Source of the DNA: Trichoplax adhaerens
Lineage: Eukaryota > Animalia > Placozoa
DNA: 64,000 nucleotides
Direction: 5' to 3'
Assembly: GCF_000150275.1 (NCBI RefSeq)
Contig: NW_002060947.1
Span: 8,278,043-8,342,042 of the forward strand
Shown: positions 38,801 through 51,970 of the stretch, in pieces
How positions within the stretch are numbered: the first letter of the stretch is position 1
Layout: each line of letters starts with the position of its first letter
Notes under the pieces: generated by a model
The model's database searches: none
Seen by the model: only the letters and a program-made list of their open reading frames with translations
Told to the model about the DNA's origin: nothing
Position numbers and translations under genes: made by a program

Positions 38801-41800
38801 CGTCGTATACGACCTAAATGTTTAAATCCAAATTCTCCTATGGTATGACTTCGTTTAATGGTGGTTACTTCATCATCATCGAATAGTTGTTGATTCTTTC
38901 CATCGCTACGATGATCATTTTGTTCCTCTTTTCGGCATTCGACTAATTCGATACAATATGGACAAGGTACTATACGTCGAATTAATGGATCGCCAGTAAT
39001 GGTCGTTAAACCTCGAGCACCCAATCCAGGATACCAATCTTCAAGTAATGTATCTAAATGCTCAATGCATAATGCATATAATCGATGTGTGCTGGTTTTA
39101 CCATTGCCAGCAATAGCATTTGTCTCATATAAATGATCGGAGAAATCATCCATACTTTCAGTAATACTAGCATAACGACCACAAGCTTGGACAGGATAGT
39201 AGGTTGGCACAGTATCGATATTATCGATAATGATCGCATCGCGTAGAAATTCGCAATCGTCTTGATCTTGTCGTGCTTCCTTTTGGAATAGTTCAATATT
39301 ATTTTTAGGTACATTATATCGTCCCATAGGTCGATCTGCCACTAATTTGGATGGGTGAGAACGATTGGTATTTAAATCAATTGAACTACCAACTGAATTA
39401 CCACGTAAAGGTGTGAATAATCCTTCATCGCTCATATCTTCCATAGAACCAGCAGTCGCATATTTACGCAATAATATCACAACATCGGGTACATATATTT
39501 CAATCATATATAACGGGCTAATATTAAGTTTACGCCAATGTGATGAACGAAATATACTAATATAATGCTCATGTTGCTTATTGGATAAACTTAATTTTCT
39601 AGTATTACTTGGTGTAGCTTGATATTTACGCTCACAAATGCGCAATAATTCAATGCCTTGACACATTAATCGTATACCATTTTGCCAAGCTGTCCAAACT
39701 GGATTGGCTACTTCATCAATTTTATGCATCCATTGATCATTTTCGTCCATGGCTTCCATATCGACATCATCAAATGTACAACAACATTTGGCTGCTTTAA
39801 TAAGATTTTCGTCAGCCATCATTCGCGATACTAATCGAGGCCAAAATCCACTTGGGCAATACGACATCAAATATTGTCGGCGTAACGATTTAAAGGAATC
39901 TGGTGGTCGACGAGTTTCGCTAATTTGTTGGCTATGGCCTAATAATTTCGTATTTGCTAATGAGAATAACTCGTTTCGACGACGTGAATCATTGCTACTA
40001 GAAACTGAGCAAGTACGATGATGTGATGTTGCTGATGAAGCATCCATATCGAAATGAGTTTTACCAAAAGAAAGGTGATTGCTATTTGTATCTGATGCTG
40101 CATACAATATTTCATTGGGTTCTTTATCAGGCAGCAGGGATGGTATTAACAGACGGGAATTATCAATTACTAAGGCTACCTCAAATTTACTCAGAAGACT
40201 AATATATTGATAGCGTAAAGATGAAGGAAAGTTATCATTACGAAAGATTTGTTCCATATCAGTAATCATCATAATACCTAAAAGTCAAGCAGTAGTAGAT
40301 TTAGGGTTATTTGTAGCCTAGTAATTTGGCAAATCCTAGAGACCTGGAGAGACTATACTCTGCAGGATCTCTGGCAACGGCCAATCATGAGTAAAACTGA
40401 AAGCGGATTTAGATTGGAAATTACTTATAGCCTGACGATTTGCAAATACCTAGAGCCCCCTAGAGAGACCAGTCTCTTTAGAGTCTCTAACAATACTTCA
40501 TGATAAATAAAAGCTATTCCTATTTTGCTAGTATCCTTACCGTCTTTAACAAATGGATTAACTGCATGGATAGTTACAACATGGGCTAACATATCGCATA
40601 ACCATTGCGGATCAATAAAGTACAGATCGCATAATGCCGGATCATCGTAATGGAGTAGAATGCCTATAAAATAGTCGATATGAGTATTACTTCAGTGCGA
40701 TGTTAAATGGAATAAGCAAGTAAATGACTACTATAAACAGTTAAGCTGAAGAATATGGCTAATATGAGCATGGAATAGGGATAGTACCATTATCGTGCAG
40801 AAATTTGGTGGCTTGACGAAGTTCTTCCATATCACGAAATTTTATACCTTGTGGCAATAATTCTTCCTCGACTTTAGCTCTACATTAGATAATATATTTA
40901 TGACGATAAGAACATCAAAAATTTTTATATAGTAAGCGGTTAATGATGGGTTGCCAGTGGATAACTTGCATCTAACTCCTCTAATAGATCTCAGTAGATA
41001 CTGGTAGCCAAGGCTACATATCTGATTTTTTACTATCTTAATTTAGATTTACCTAAATTCGCTTGTTGTTAATACCGGCACTTTCATATCATAGCGATAG
41101 CTGACCGAAAGACGTTGCATGGCCTCTTCAAGGGCTAAATAGCTTGCAGGGATTAGCTGTTCCAATAATAGAGCATCTTTACAGCCTGCTTATTAAAAAC
41201 GTAATGAATAACGTTATTAAATCTATATCTACGTAATTAATACACAATTGTATAGTCGTAGTACAACCAATTGGAAATATCTTCATATGTACGCGTATAA
41301 TGAATACGAAGGTAGTGCTACTGCCCTATTAAGATGCGTTGCTATAGACTAACATAACGCTAAATAGATTAATTTATATTTAAAGATAAAATATATATAT
41401 AATGTGTATTTTTATGCTGCAATGAATTGGATGCAAGGAGTTAGATAGTACTTTAATGCTTACTTAGTTTAATAAAGATGTGCTATTACGTTAAAAATAA
41501 ATGCGTAGAACTTTCACTTTGACTGTAAACATTTTGAAAGGGAAAATATTGATCTTAAACTCGATATTACGAATAATTAATTAAGGAATTAGAATTAGGA
41601 AGTCTATAAATTATACCACCAACAACCATAGCGATGGATGTATAGAAATTATACCAACCTGATACTCTTAAATTGTAAGCAGTATCATATATCAGTGTCC
41701 TCAATCCCTTAATTCCATAGCCAGTTTTGCAGCTTACTTCCGTCATATTGATGACTTGAGGTAAACCAACTTCCCTTGCATTATTAATACCTCCAAATTG

Positions 41801-44800
41801 ACCACTGGTATATTTCTTACGAATAAGTATGCGGTATCTTGGTAAATCGTTTTGTCGTTGCTCATGAGTTAATAAATCGAAATGGGTTCCAACAATCAAT
41901 ACCGGAGAATCAGGAGCTCTAGCCTAAATGAAAACCGGAAAGAAGCTAGTTTTAAGGATCGATTATCCGGGACTTCGACAGTAGAAACTTCCATTGATAG
42001 TGATAGGTTAGTGATTACAAGAGTTCTAGCTAAAGTTCTTATAGGCATATAGGATTGGGCAACTTACTTGAATATTAACCAACCAAGACTCCATGGCATC
42101 TATGCCTTTTTCACCATCCGTCATTTTCCATACCAGGATATACAAAGAACGCCGGGACAGGAAACACTGATGAGTAGCATAGTACTCTTTCTTTATAATT
42201 TAAAAATATAAGGATATTATTACAAAATAGAGAGATAATTTAGTCATACATAAATTGAATTGTAGCATCAATTTGATCCGATATATTAGGATATCAGGAA
42301 GAATTTTACCTGCCCTCCAAAATCCCAAGTGCTGAATTTGATTTCTGGTAAACTTCCAAATTTGTAAAAGGAAGTTTTGCGATTGCAGACCCATTCGCCA
42401 ACATCAACACCAACAGTAGAGATTGATAGACGCTTTCGCAAGAATTTTTTCTGCTTGTGAACTTCTCTTTGGTTATTGCTGGATAAGCGATTTACCCAAT
42501 CAGATTGATTTGCTTTCGACGACTTTTTGGAGCCATATTTAATGCGTTGCAATAAGGAAGTTTTACCAATATTTTGTAAGCCGACAAACATTAATTTCAT
42601 TCTTCGATATGGTTTTGATCTGAAAGATTGGATTCAATTTATTACAAACTTAATGGAATACAGATAATAACTACTCTTTATAACTGAGGTAGTTTGCTTG
42701 AAGGAGTTCTACTAATATGGAGTACTAGCGAATTTATCAGCATCGATATGTAACGTCTAGATCGCTCATGGTGTTCTCATCATGGAAAGTAAAAGTAAAC
42801 TAATCTTACAATCTTTGCTATTAAATACTTATTTGCTACCGTAGCAAGAGATATATATCCTTTTTGCGCTTCTCGCTAGGCTAGTTATAATTATAATAGA
42901 TAAAGATTAAATTTTTCTAGTAATGAAGCATAAAAACTTTTCCTATAAAATCTACATAAACTTGATTTTCACTGATGTTGAAGGCACAAGGCAGAAATAT
43001 TAGTCTACTAAAGGTTCAGATAAAGTAAAAGGTCACCTAGCTTTGTATATTAATCACGTAAAAATATAGATGGCTTAAATTTCTTCATCTGTTAAATATA
43101 TAAAGCAGAAGTACTAGTCAATTGGATTGGGGAATGACCACTGTTGCCAGTCAATCCTAGTATACGACTATATTCTAAATGTTAGAATTAAATGTCTAAT
43201 CCTTATGCCTGTAGAAATCAGAACCTGACAGAACTTATCCATCCGACATCGATAGCGCAACTATTTTATGCAACATATTTATTGCAGCAACGTTCTAAAT
43301 ACTTCAATGCTCGTTTTAATCTTCAAACTTATAGGAATAAGAATCTAATCAAAAATTACTCATTCCAACGGAGATCGATGCATTTGCTCTAAAGGACCAA
43401 CTCTATTTGCTACGGAATGTACACTAAATGCAATGTTATAGTTATAGCAAGCTAGCGACGAGATAGACCAGAAACGAATGCTAACTTTGGTTTCACTATA
43501 GCAATAAGTTTCAAGGTGATTGAGATCGAATAGTATAAAGTTATCAAATGTAAATCGACTCACTTCTGTAAGCGGGATAATAGGTAACCAGTAATCACTT
43601 TCGCTTTCTTCTGCTCCATAATGGATGGTGGTGGATCATGAAGGCGCAATCCGTCCATGGATAATTCCCACAATTTAGTTAATAAACCCATCTCAGGTGG
43701 TAATGAAACGATGCTGATGTTACTGCTTAAATTTAACGAACCCAAATTCGACAGATAGGGAATACCTTTAGGTACGAATTTTAAGTTATTGTTGGATATA
43801 TCTAAACTTTTTAAACTAGGATAAATCGTTTTAACAAATTCCTTGCTGGTATCGCCAATTAAATCTTCGTGAAATCGTTTTAACGTTTCTTCATTTTTAT
43901 CCGGTACATCCTCTAGCAATAAATCTAAATCACTTAATTGATTGCATGATACATCTAATGTTTTCAACTGGATTAAGCAATCATGACGACGATGGCGACA
44001 TATAAAATTATGGACCCATGATGATGCCACATTATAAGGCTTACGGCGTGTTGATGCACGATAGCTGTAGCAAGAAACCAAAGATGGTGGCGAAGGAGCT
44101 GCTGGCCCTGGATTTTTATCACGCTCATTGCCAATATGATTATGCGATAAATCTAACAACTTTAAAGCTGCTGGCATCATGGCTGGAATGGGCATTAGAC
44201 TGAGGTAATTATAACTGATGATTAATTGAGATAAATTGGGTGCTAAACATGCTAATGCTTCTGGTATTTCACTTAATTGATTGTGAGCTATATTCAAGAT
44301 AAATAATCGTGATTCAGCAGAGTCTAATATCCTTTCGTTTTCATTTTCTACATTTGTTACTCGTTCACTGAGTAAGTCAGCACGACGGCTACGTGTTATA
44401 ACTGGCGTTAATTCACCACTACTTTGCGATGCAGAATCGCCACCATGATCTAAATCTAAGACCATTTGAACTGATTTTTGACCATCTTCTGATTCAATGG
44501 CAATACGAATATTACTAACACTGGTATTTTTGCTTATTTTACTAACATTTGTGCTGCTATTTTCATGGGATGCTTGCTGTTGATTATCATCACCGAGAGA
44601 AATGCTATCTTGCTTAGACACAGATTTGCTATCTTGTCCTATGCTATTATTGCTCGTATCATTATCATCGAGAGAAAGTTGGCTTTTGGTTTCTGCTAAT
44701 AATTCATCTTCTTCGTCCAATGCCTCACTACAACTTCTTTCACGATCCTCATGATTCGATGGTCTATAATAGGACATATTGGATTGATTGTTAGAGTTGC

Positions 44801-47800
44801 CTACTGGTAATTCACGTAATAAATTGGATGAGACATTTAACACTCTTAATTGTGGTGCGATCCAAATGTTGTAAGGCAATTCTTTAATCTTATTGTTAGA
44901 AATATTTAATGCTTTTAACTTGGGTAAATGAAAGATCCATGTGGATAAACTTTGTAAGCAATTGTTAGCTAGCATTAAATCTTCAAGACGAGAATATTTA
45001 AAGATATTTTCTTGTTGGTAGAGATCATCCCCTTCTAATACTAAATCACTTATAAAATTGTTATTTAAATTTAATATCCTCAAGGATCGCAATTGTAAGG
45101 CAACCATTGGAAAATGTTTTAAATGATTCGATGATAAATCTAATTTGGTAATAGTATTTAACATCATATCTGCTGCTGATGATGGGTTTAAGCAATTTGA
45201 TGCTGCTATAAGCCATCCCTGATGAACATACGGTAAGCGTAATCCATGCCAATCTATAGAAACCGGTGTTTGAGGATAGGAGTGAAGTAAATCGTCGTAG
45301 CTGCTAAAATCGAATCGAGTCTTGTTTGCCACTACTTTATATTCACGATCAATTTGTACACCATGATGAACAAGGAAAATGGAGACAATTTCGGCGTGAT
45401 CATTATCGATTGCATGGTGGAGGCATGTATGGTCTACATCTTTCACGTTATGATGGAGTAATAAGGAAATAATATCTTTATTGCCTTTATCGCATGCTAA
45501 CGACAACGGTGATACTATCAATTTGGCATTTTTCATTGAAAAATCTTGTCTTAACGAATGGCGACGAGCATGTGGACTGGATAAAACTCGATTGTTGGGG
45601 CTAGTTTTGTTATTATTCATTGGTCTTGGAGATAATCCTGATGTTACTGATAGATTATTGCGATTGCCGTTGATATTGCTAACGTTATCCGTATCCACTT
45701 GCAAGATTGCATTAATGTTGGCTCCAGCATCGAGTAGAACTTTGACTGTATCCACATTGCCGTTATTCACGGCTTCATGCAATGGTGTAGAGCCAGTATT
45801 AGACCGAATTTCAAGAGTTGAAATGTGAGAATCGTCATCAGTGAATCCTTTGGCATTTAAACTACGTTGAGATTCATTTTTCGTTTCTTGTTTCCCACTG
45901 CCTTTAATGGATGTGATAAGTAACTTGACAGCTTCCGCTTGGCCAGCAAGAGCAGCAAGGTGTAAGGCAGTCATTCCTACGCCATTGGGAGTATTGATGT
46001 TAATTTTCCATCTTTTAAGGGCAGGTTGATCTATAGAATATGTATCGAAAGAAGGACATGAGCAACTTGCTAAATGAGCTCAAACTAGACATGTCATATC
46101 ACTCAAGGTTGCAGAGGATTAATCTTTGTCAGCATGATACTCGATTTGATCGCAATTTACGCGACTTGGATGTGAAATTCTAAAACAAATCAATTGGGTA
46201 AATGTATTGCAGAATTAAGCGGTTGTTAAATGAGGGCAATAATTAGATCTAGTATCGACAAATGAGTACAGTGGTCAATCTTTACGAGCAAGATTCTGGA
46301 TTTGATCAAGGTTGGAATCTCGGTATGACTCGCCTTTTAATCAAAGTTAAAGTAGCTGCAAGCAAAAGTCTATACAAGGAGTTGTGAAAGACAATCTAGT
46401 TAAACCTAATTCTGCATAAAATAAGCAATTGTCGAATCAGCATAAACTAGATCTACAGTCAGCGATGGCTACGATAATCTACGGCGTTTACATAAGCTTT
46501 ATAGATATGGAGAGAATCATCAAAGTCTTTTAGGATATATACAAACCTGTCGGAGTTACTACTTCTATCCTGTCTACTTCTAAAATATTGATAATGGCTT
46601 CATCGTTGCTGTAAGATTTAAACTCGTAGCGAAAATTTAATAGTGTATTAATGACATCAATATGACCATGAGAGGCAGCTAAATGTAATGGAGTGTTGCC
46701 ATCTTTGCTTTGAAATGTAATTAAATGTGGAAACCAGTGCAGTAATAGTGCCGCAATTTCGGTAAAACCGCGGTCGCAAGCCATATGTAATGGAGAGAGT
46801 CCGGTATGATTATGGATTGCTCCAATGGCACCATGTTGCAACAGAGTCTCAACGATGCTTTTATTGCCAGATTGAATAGCTCTACAATTTGAAATATAGA
46901 TCATGATGGTCATGATAGGTTCATTTTATGAAAATTAAGCGCTTCATTTTCGAAATTTTTCGAAACATAAGTCGATTTGGCAATTTTAGCGAGGTAACTG
47001 TCAATTCAAAATTTTAAACTTTTCATATTGCTTCTATCCCTACATTGCGTTGTTAAATACTAATTAGTCAAACTAGGTTTAATTTGTGATAATGAGGAAC
47101 TGATGATCGCCTAAGTGATTGTAAAAATTTGTTCATCTTCCAATAGGCGATATGCCGAATTTTGCTATATAACAGTTGAATGGTTGAGGATATTTGTATC
47201 ATGATCGTTATTCTCTATCCATTTTATGAAATTTGTTAACGGCGGTATAATACGATGACTATTCTATCGCACATGCAAGTGATGATTTTATGAAATTTAC
47301 TCACTAATTATTAATTAAGAAATGTGTAATATATTTTACAGAAATATTTTCATCGAGCTTATTGGAATAAAGAATTGAAACGAACAATCCTTCTATTTAA
47401 CATAGTACAGATGACCAACCTATGTAACAGAGTGTAGCTATCATCATATGAAATATTGATCGTAGTTCTGTTGACAAAGTTGATATTTTTAAGAACACCC
47501 TGGGTATCACCTTTAGCACAAGCCTGGAATAAATCTATAATGAAATCAGAGCAAGAATAATCTTTCTATGTGGTTTGTTGTAAGCAATATTGATCTATTC
47601 ACAAAACTAATTTATGGCGAACTGAAAGAAAATGACCAAGCGATCATAATCAAAACTAGGCGGACGCACATGTATTACAATATATTTATAGTTAGAAATG
47701 GCTCGTAGTAATTAAGAGGATTAAAATTCTAAATTAGCTCTTTTAAAGTTACTTTTTCCTTGAACTAATCTAATTAATTCTATCGATAATTAGCTATTTG

Positions 47801-48935
47801 ATATTACCTCTCTCTCCTTTAGTTAGCTCTTGTGTCTCTCGTTTTACTAAAATCGGAGCATAATCATGATTAATATGTGCTACAACTTAAGTTGAAAGCA
47901 AACTAGATGATCCTAATTTCTTCCTACAGTCGATATAAAAGGAATAAATAATTCAACTTACAAGCAGTTTTTTTCAATATTTTCACACATTGATGATGAA
48001 GTTCTTGTTGTGCTAAATCTTGAGGTAATCTGCTTTTACTATCACTAATGTGAATCACGGCTCCGGCATCAAGTAATATTGTAACGCATCGATAATGGCC
48101 ACATTTAGCTGCATGATGCAATGGAGTCTAAAAGGATTCAAGATTAGCCAATTACCCATCATGAGGATCGAGATGGATTAGTTTAGGTAACACAATGTTA
48201 TAGTTTAGAATTTCGGCTACTACAGCCTTGACTTTGATATTAAATAGAAATTAAATTGCATGTTGTTCGATATTTCAATATTTATAAGGATTTTCTACTC
48301 TTGCTATAATAGTTTACGCGGCAAGTTTACAAGACTGATGAATTTATTGTATAAAAAGAGCAGAGGGAGATACAGAATGGATGGAAATTAAAAAATTTAG
48401 GTTTGAAGATCAAATTCTACAATGTCGCTATAGAGTATCATGATTGAAATTTTGGTCAAGGCAGCCTTTATGTCAAAAATGATAATTTTACGTAGGGGCA
48501 TGGAAGAATTTTACCCGCCATCTATAAGAATTAATCTGATATAAAACTAATTACGCTGTTCGTAATCAGTGTGGTATAAACTGCAGAACTTAAACCCTTT
48601 GCAAAATCATCTGAATAATCTTTTTAGTTTTATACCGGTTCTATCTCTATTAATAGCCTTACCGAACAGAAATCATCCGGATAAGATACGATATTAACTG
48701 GAAGGCCACGATTCACTAATTCTGTAAGACATCTTGCACTACCCATTTCAGCTGCTGTATGCAACGCAGTTCTACCTCTTTCGTCATGGCTGGATATGTT
48801 TGTCTTTTCTTGTTCATCTAATAGCTGTTGTAGTAATTCGATATTATCGTAGCGTGCTGCGATATGGAGTAATTCTCCAGGGAAGGAATCAACGCCGCTA
48901 TCGCGCTGATCTTCTTCCATATTACCTAGTTTCAT
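32829..48935 (-). CDS. LRRK1: Roco-family leucine-rich repeat kinase (ANK-LRR-ROC-COR-kinase-WD40), LRRK1-like, ~2960 aa, 23 exons
   Basis: Exons (minus strand): 48935-48663, 48127-47962, 47846-47808, 47534-47420, 46881-46547, 46030-43564, 42619-42310, 42190-42068, 41923-41659, 41185-41053, 40879-40788, 40663-40541, 40277-38514, 38418-38147, 38042-37923, 37780-37632, 37436-37241, 37076-36816, 36627-36499, 35743-35530, 35434-35319, 34551-33702, 33199-32829 (8883 nt, phases consistent). Motifs: ankyrin TPLH/TALH; LRR LxxLDLSxN; ROC KLMFVGLQNIGKTS, WDFGGQ, VGTHFD; COR YFIDPQWLC, PSGFWPRL; kinase GKGAFG, VAIK, YRDLKSEN, DYG, GTPGFMAPE. There is no N-terminal armadillo region, so LRRK1-like; exact orthology is untested. 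Confidence 0.92.
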
Positions 48936-51294
48936 TTATTCTCTTTATAAATTTCGATTGTTTTCAATACCTAAGAAGCATAGCAATACTCGTATTTAAT
49001 ATCCATGAGCTTTCTATATTCAAATAAAACATTTTGATATTTAGTGAATTCCAAAATCAGGTAGCAGTAATCGATTATCAGAAAATGGATTGTGCTATAC
49101 ATAGAATATATGCCATGATGTGTATATAGTTACAGATAAATTTCACCTGTCTCAAATGGAAACACTAGGGATTGTAAATTATGGATTTAAAGATTATTAT
49201 TGCTTTCTGATTTATAATGTATAAGTAAAATGAAGAGTAAGGTTTAGAAAATGATTAATTAAAGTAATAAGAATTTGTGCTTGTTTGTTAAAATAAAACA
49301 TGGATGATCTTATGCCAAGAAGATCTAAAAATGCCGAGCCGATTAAATATTGTACGGATAGTTTTGACTTATGATTTTCTACTATATTCTAGCTTAAGTA
49401 AGTTTAATCTTTGTAACTTTATTAATTTAAATGATATGGGAAGATAATATTCAAGTTGATCGATTTGCTAGCTAGAAGAAAAATTAAATTCACTTTCCTT
49501 AAATTTTTCTTTAAAGTATTACTGCATCTACAACTTTACGCCTAGAGTCTACTCAAAGTGATACGCGTATTTCTTCTGAGAAAAGGCAATTTAAGAAAAT
49601 CCTACCGTAGAATAGTTGTTGATATTCTCGCCTATACCATCTTAGAATTTATGAAATAGCAAATATAATGCACTAAACGGGTTGAAATTTAATAATTTAC
49701 GACTCTAGATGTTCAATCGTAAGAAAGTAAAATTGTTATGGATAAATTTTTTATGATTTTGGTTATGTAGTCTCATTCTGATTCTGTTAACATGACGCTA
49801 TCACATTAATTGGTATTACAATTGAATCAGTAACAGTCATGCTAAAAGATCTAACACTAATAAAGTAGCTGTAAAAATAAATATAAGCAATGTATTCTAA
49901 TCTCCATGAGTTAGAAAATCATTTTAATTAAAATATAATGATGAAATTTCTCAAGATGACGATCAGAATATAGGAATCGAGTAGATTACTATAAACTCAA
50001 AATATATGAACGTTATTTTCATGGTTAACATTAGATGGCAAATAGCATTTGATATTATCATGATCATTGAAGAGGTTGTCAATATATAGCATTTTATATT
50101 TACTCGATAAATAACAATAGCCTTATCATACTTATAAATTGTACAACCACATCATTAAAGTAACTAAAAGGGACAAAATAATAAAATATTCACCCAGCTG
50201 TCGGCAGAAGGTTTGGGACAAAAAAAATGACGCATCATATCAACTTTAGAAATGCTAACTATTCGCGTTAGCAGACCATATTGAACTCTATGAAATCTCA
50301 ATGGTAATGGAAATATCATGCTATATATTTAGTAGAAAAATACTACGAAATGGACTTCTGCTTCTTCAAATAACTCAGCTATATTCTATCTTTTACTAGA
50401 GGGTAAATTTTAACATGTGGGAAATAAATTAAAGGTATTTTCTCTTCTTTTCCATTAAAGATTAACTTTACGGTGCGACAGAAATATCAATTCCTGTTGC
50501 TATTTTTGCTTACTATTACATATTGGGAGATCGCCAATCTTTTCATTCAAGTAGTCATTTCAAGTAGGATAGTACGATAGTTACAAGAAAAAGTGCTCAA
50601 TACAGTGGGCTTCCACAGGTAGGAGTTAGGAGGGAGATTAGAGACCGCGATACCATATTTATACGAAGCAGCAATTCCTTAATTACTATGATGGAAAGCT
50701 ATCATTTATTACGTATATACCACCGTAACGATACCGTTTATGAGATAGATACATTGAATATATAATTTATAAACTTCTTCAACAATTTTCTACCATTCTA
50801 TAAAGACCCAAAAATTTTCCATGAAATAAATGACGTTAAAGAACTCAATGTGCCTTAAGGAAGATGATTTTCTTTATCATGAAACGATAAGTATCAGAAT
50901 TAAAATTACTAAGAGCAATTACCGATAAGCTGTAGCCGTAAGCTCCACTGGTTCCTATTGATCTAGATTTATAACTTTTTGCTCTTGTATTAAGTTTATA
51001 ATCAATCGCAAAAAGTGATTTAGAAAGTTTAATGAAGATTTTCAACAAATTTAAATCATTTCAAAGATAATCGAGTATAGTCTACCATAAGGATTATCAT
51101 CTAGTACATAAAGCTAAATTATTTGTGACTAGGGAAAATGGGTAGGTTAAACAATTATTATTTGGTCTATTAGAACATAAATTTGCTATCAAACCTGCAA
51201 AAAATGGATAAAATCTGACTCAATATTTCATGAAGCCGATGTTATACTGAAGAAAGTTACGATATAAGTTATATTTATTGATTTGTAAAATAAA

Positions 51295-51970
51295 GGAATG
51301 AAACGATTTAACCGAAGAAAAATGGATAGTATTCCATTTATATAAAATTAAATAACAATATGACGTTGATGTTTATCCTCGGTAATGGCAATTGAATGGA
51401 TAAAGGTAATTCTAAGTTTTTATCTAGCAGAGCTCTTAGTTATCGTATACTCATCAGCTTATGAAATAAAAGTGTCCTATAGAAGAAAAACGTGCAGTTA
51501 CAAGCTTTAAATTAGGATGGGAGTACATAACGCCGACGTTATTTATGTTGCAGGTAAAAATGGCGATAAAAGGGATAAAATTGACCTTATATTTATATGG
51601 AGGCGCTCTTAACTGTTCGTATATCTATCAACTTATGACATAAAACTGTTTAATAGGAGAAAAATAGACAGTCATGCAATTTAACTTAGGGTGAAATAAT
51701 GTAACGCTGATGTCATTTATTTATTGGTAAATGGCAACTGAAAGAATAAAAATGATTCTGTATTAACCCAGTAAAAGAGATGTTAGTTATATCTATCAAT
51801 TTAGATACAGAAGGAGAAATGAAATGGTTTGATGGAAGAAAAATGCATAGTCATGCACATAGGATCATAATATGACGCCAATGTTATTTATTTATGAACA
51901 GTAATGGCAATTGAATTGATAACAAAGACTGTATATTTTGCCAAGAAGAGCTATATCTGTCAATTTATTA
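51295..51970. repeat. Degenerate ~170-178 bp tandem repeat, about 4 copies, intergenic
   Basis: GRAGAAAAA...AGT, (T)RACGYYGAYGTYATTTAT and GTAA(A)TGGCAAYTGAA..GATAA recur near 51314, 51482, 51657 and 51835. Confidence 0.75.

Noticed and set aside
46090-46180. Candidate extra LRRK exon after a TTTTAG acceptor
   Set aside because: Stop codon in the required phase; exon 46881-46547 joins 46030 in frame without it.
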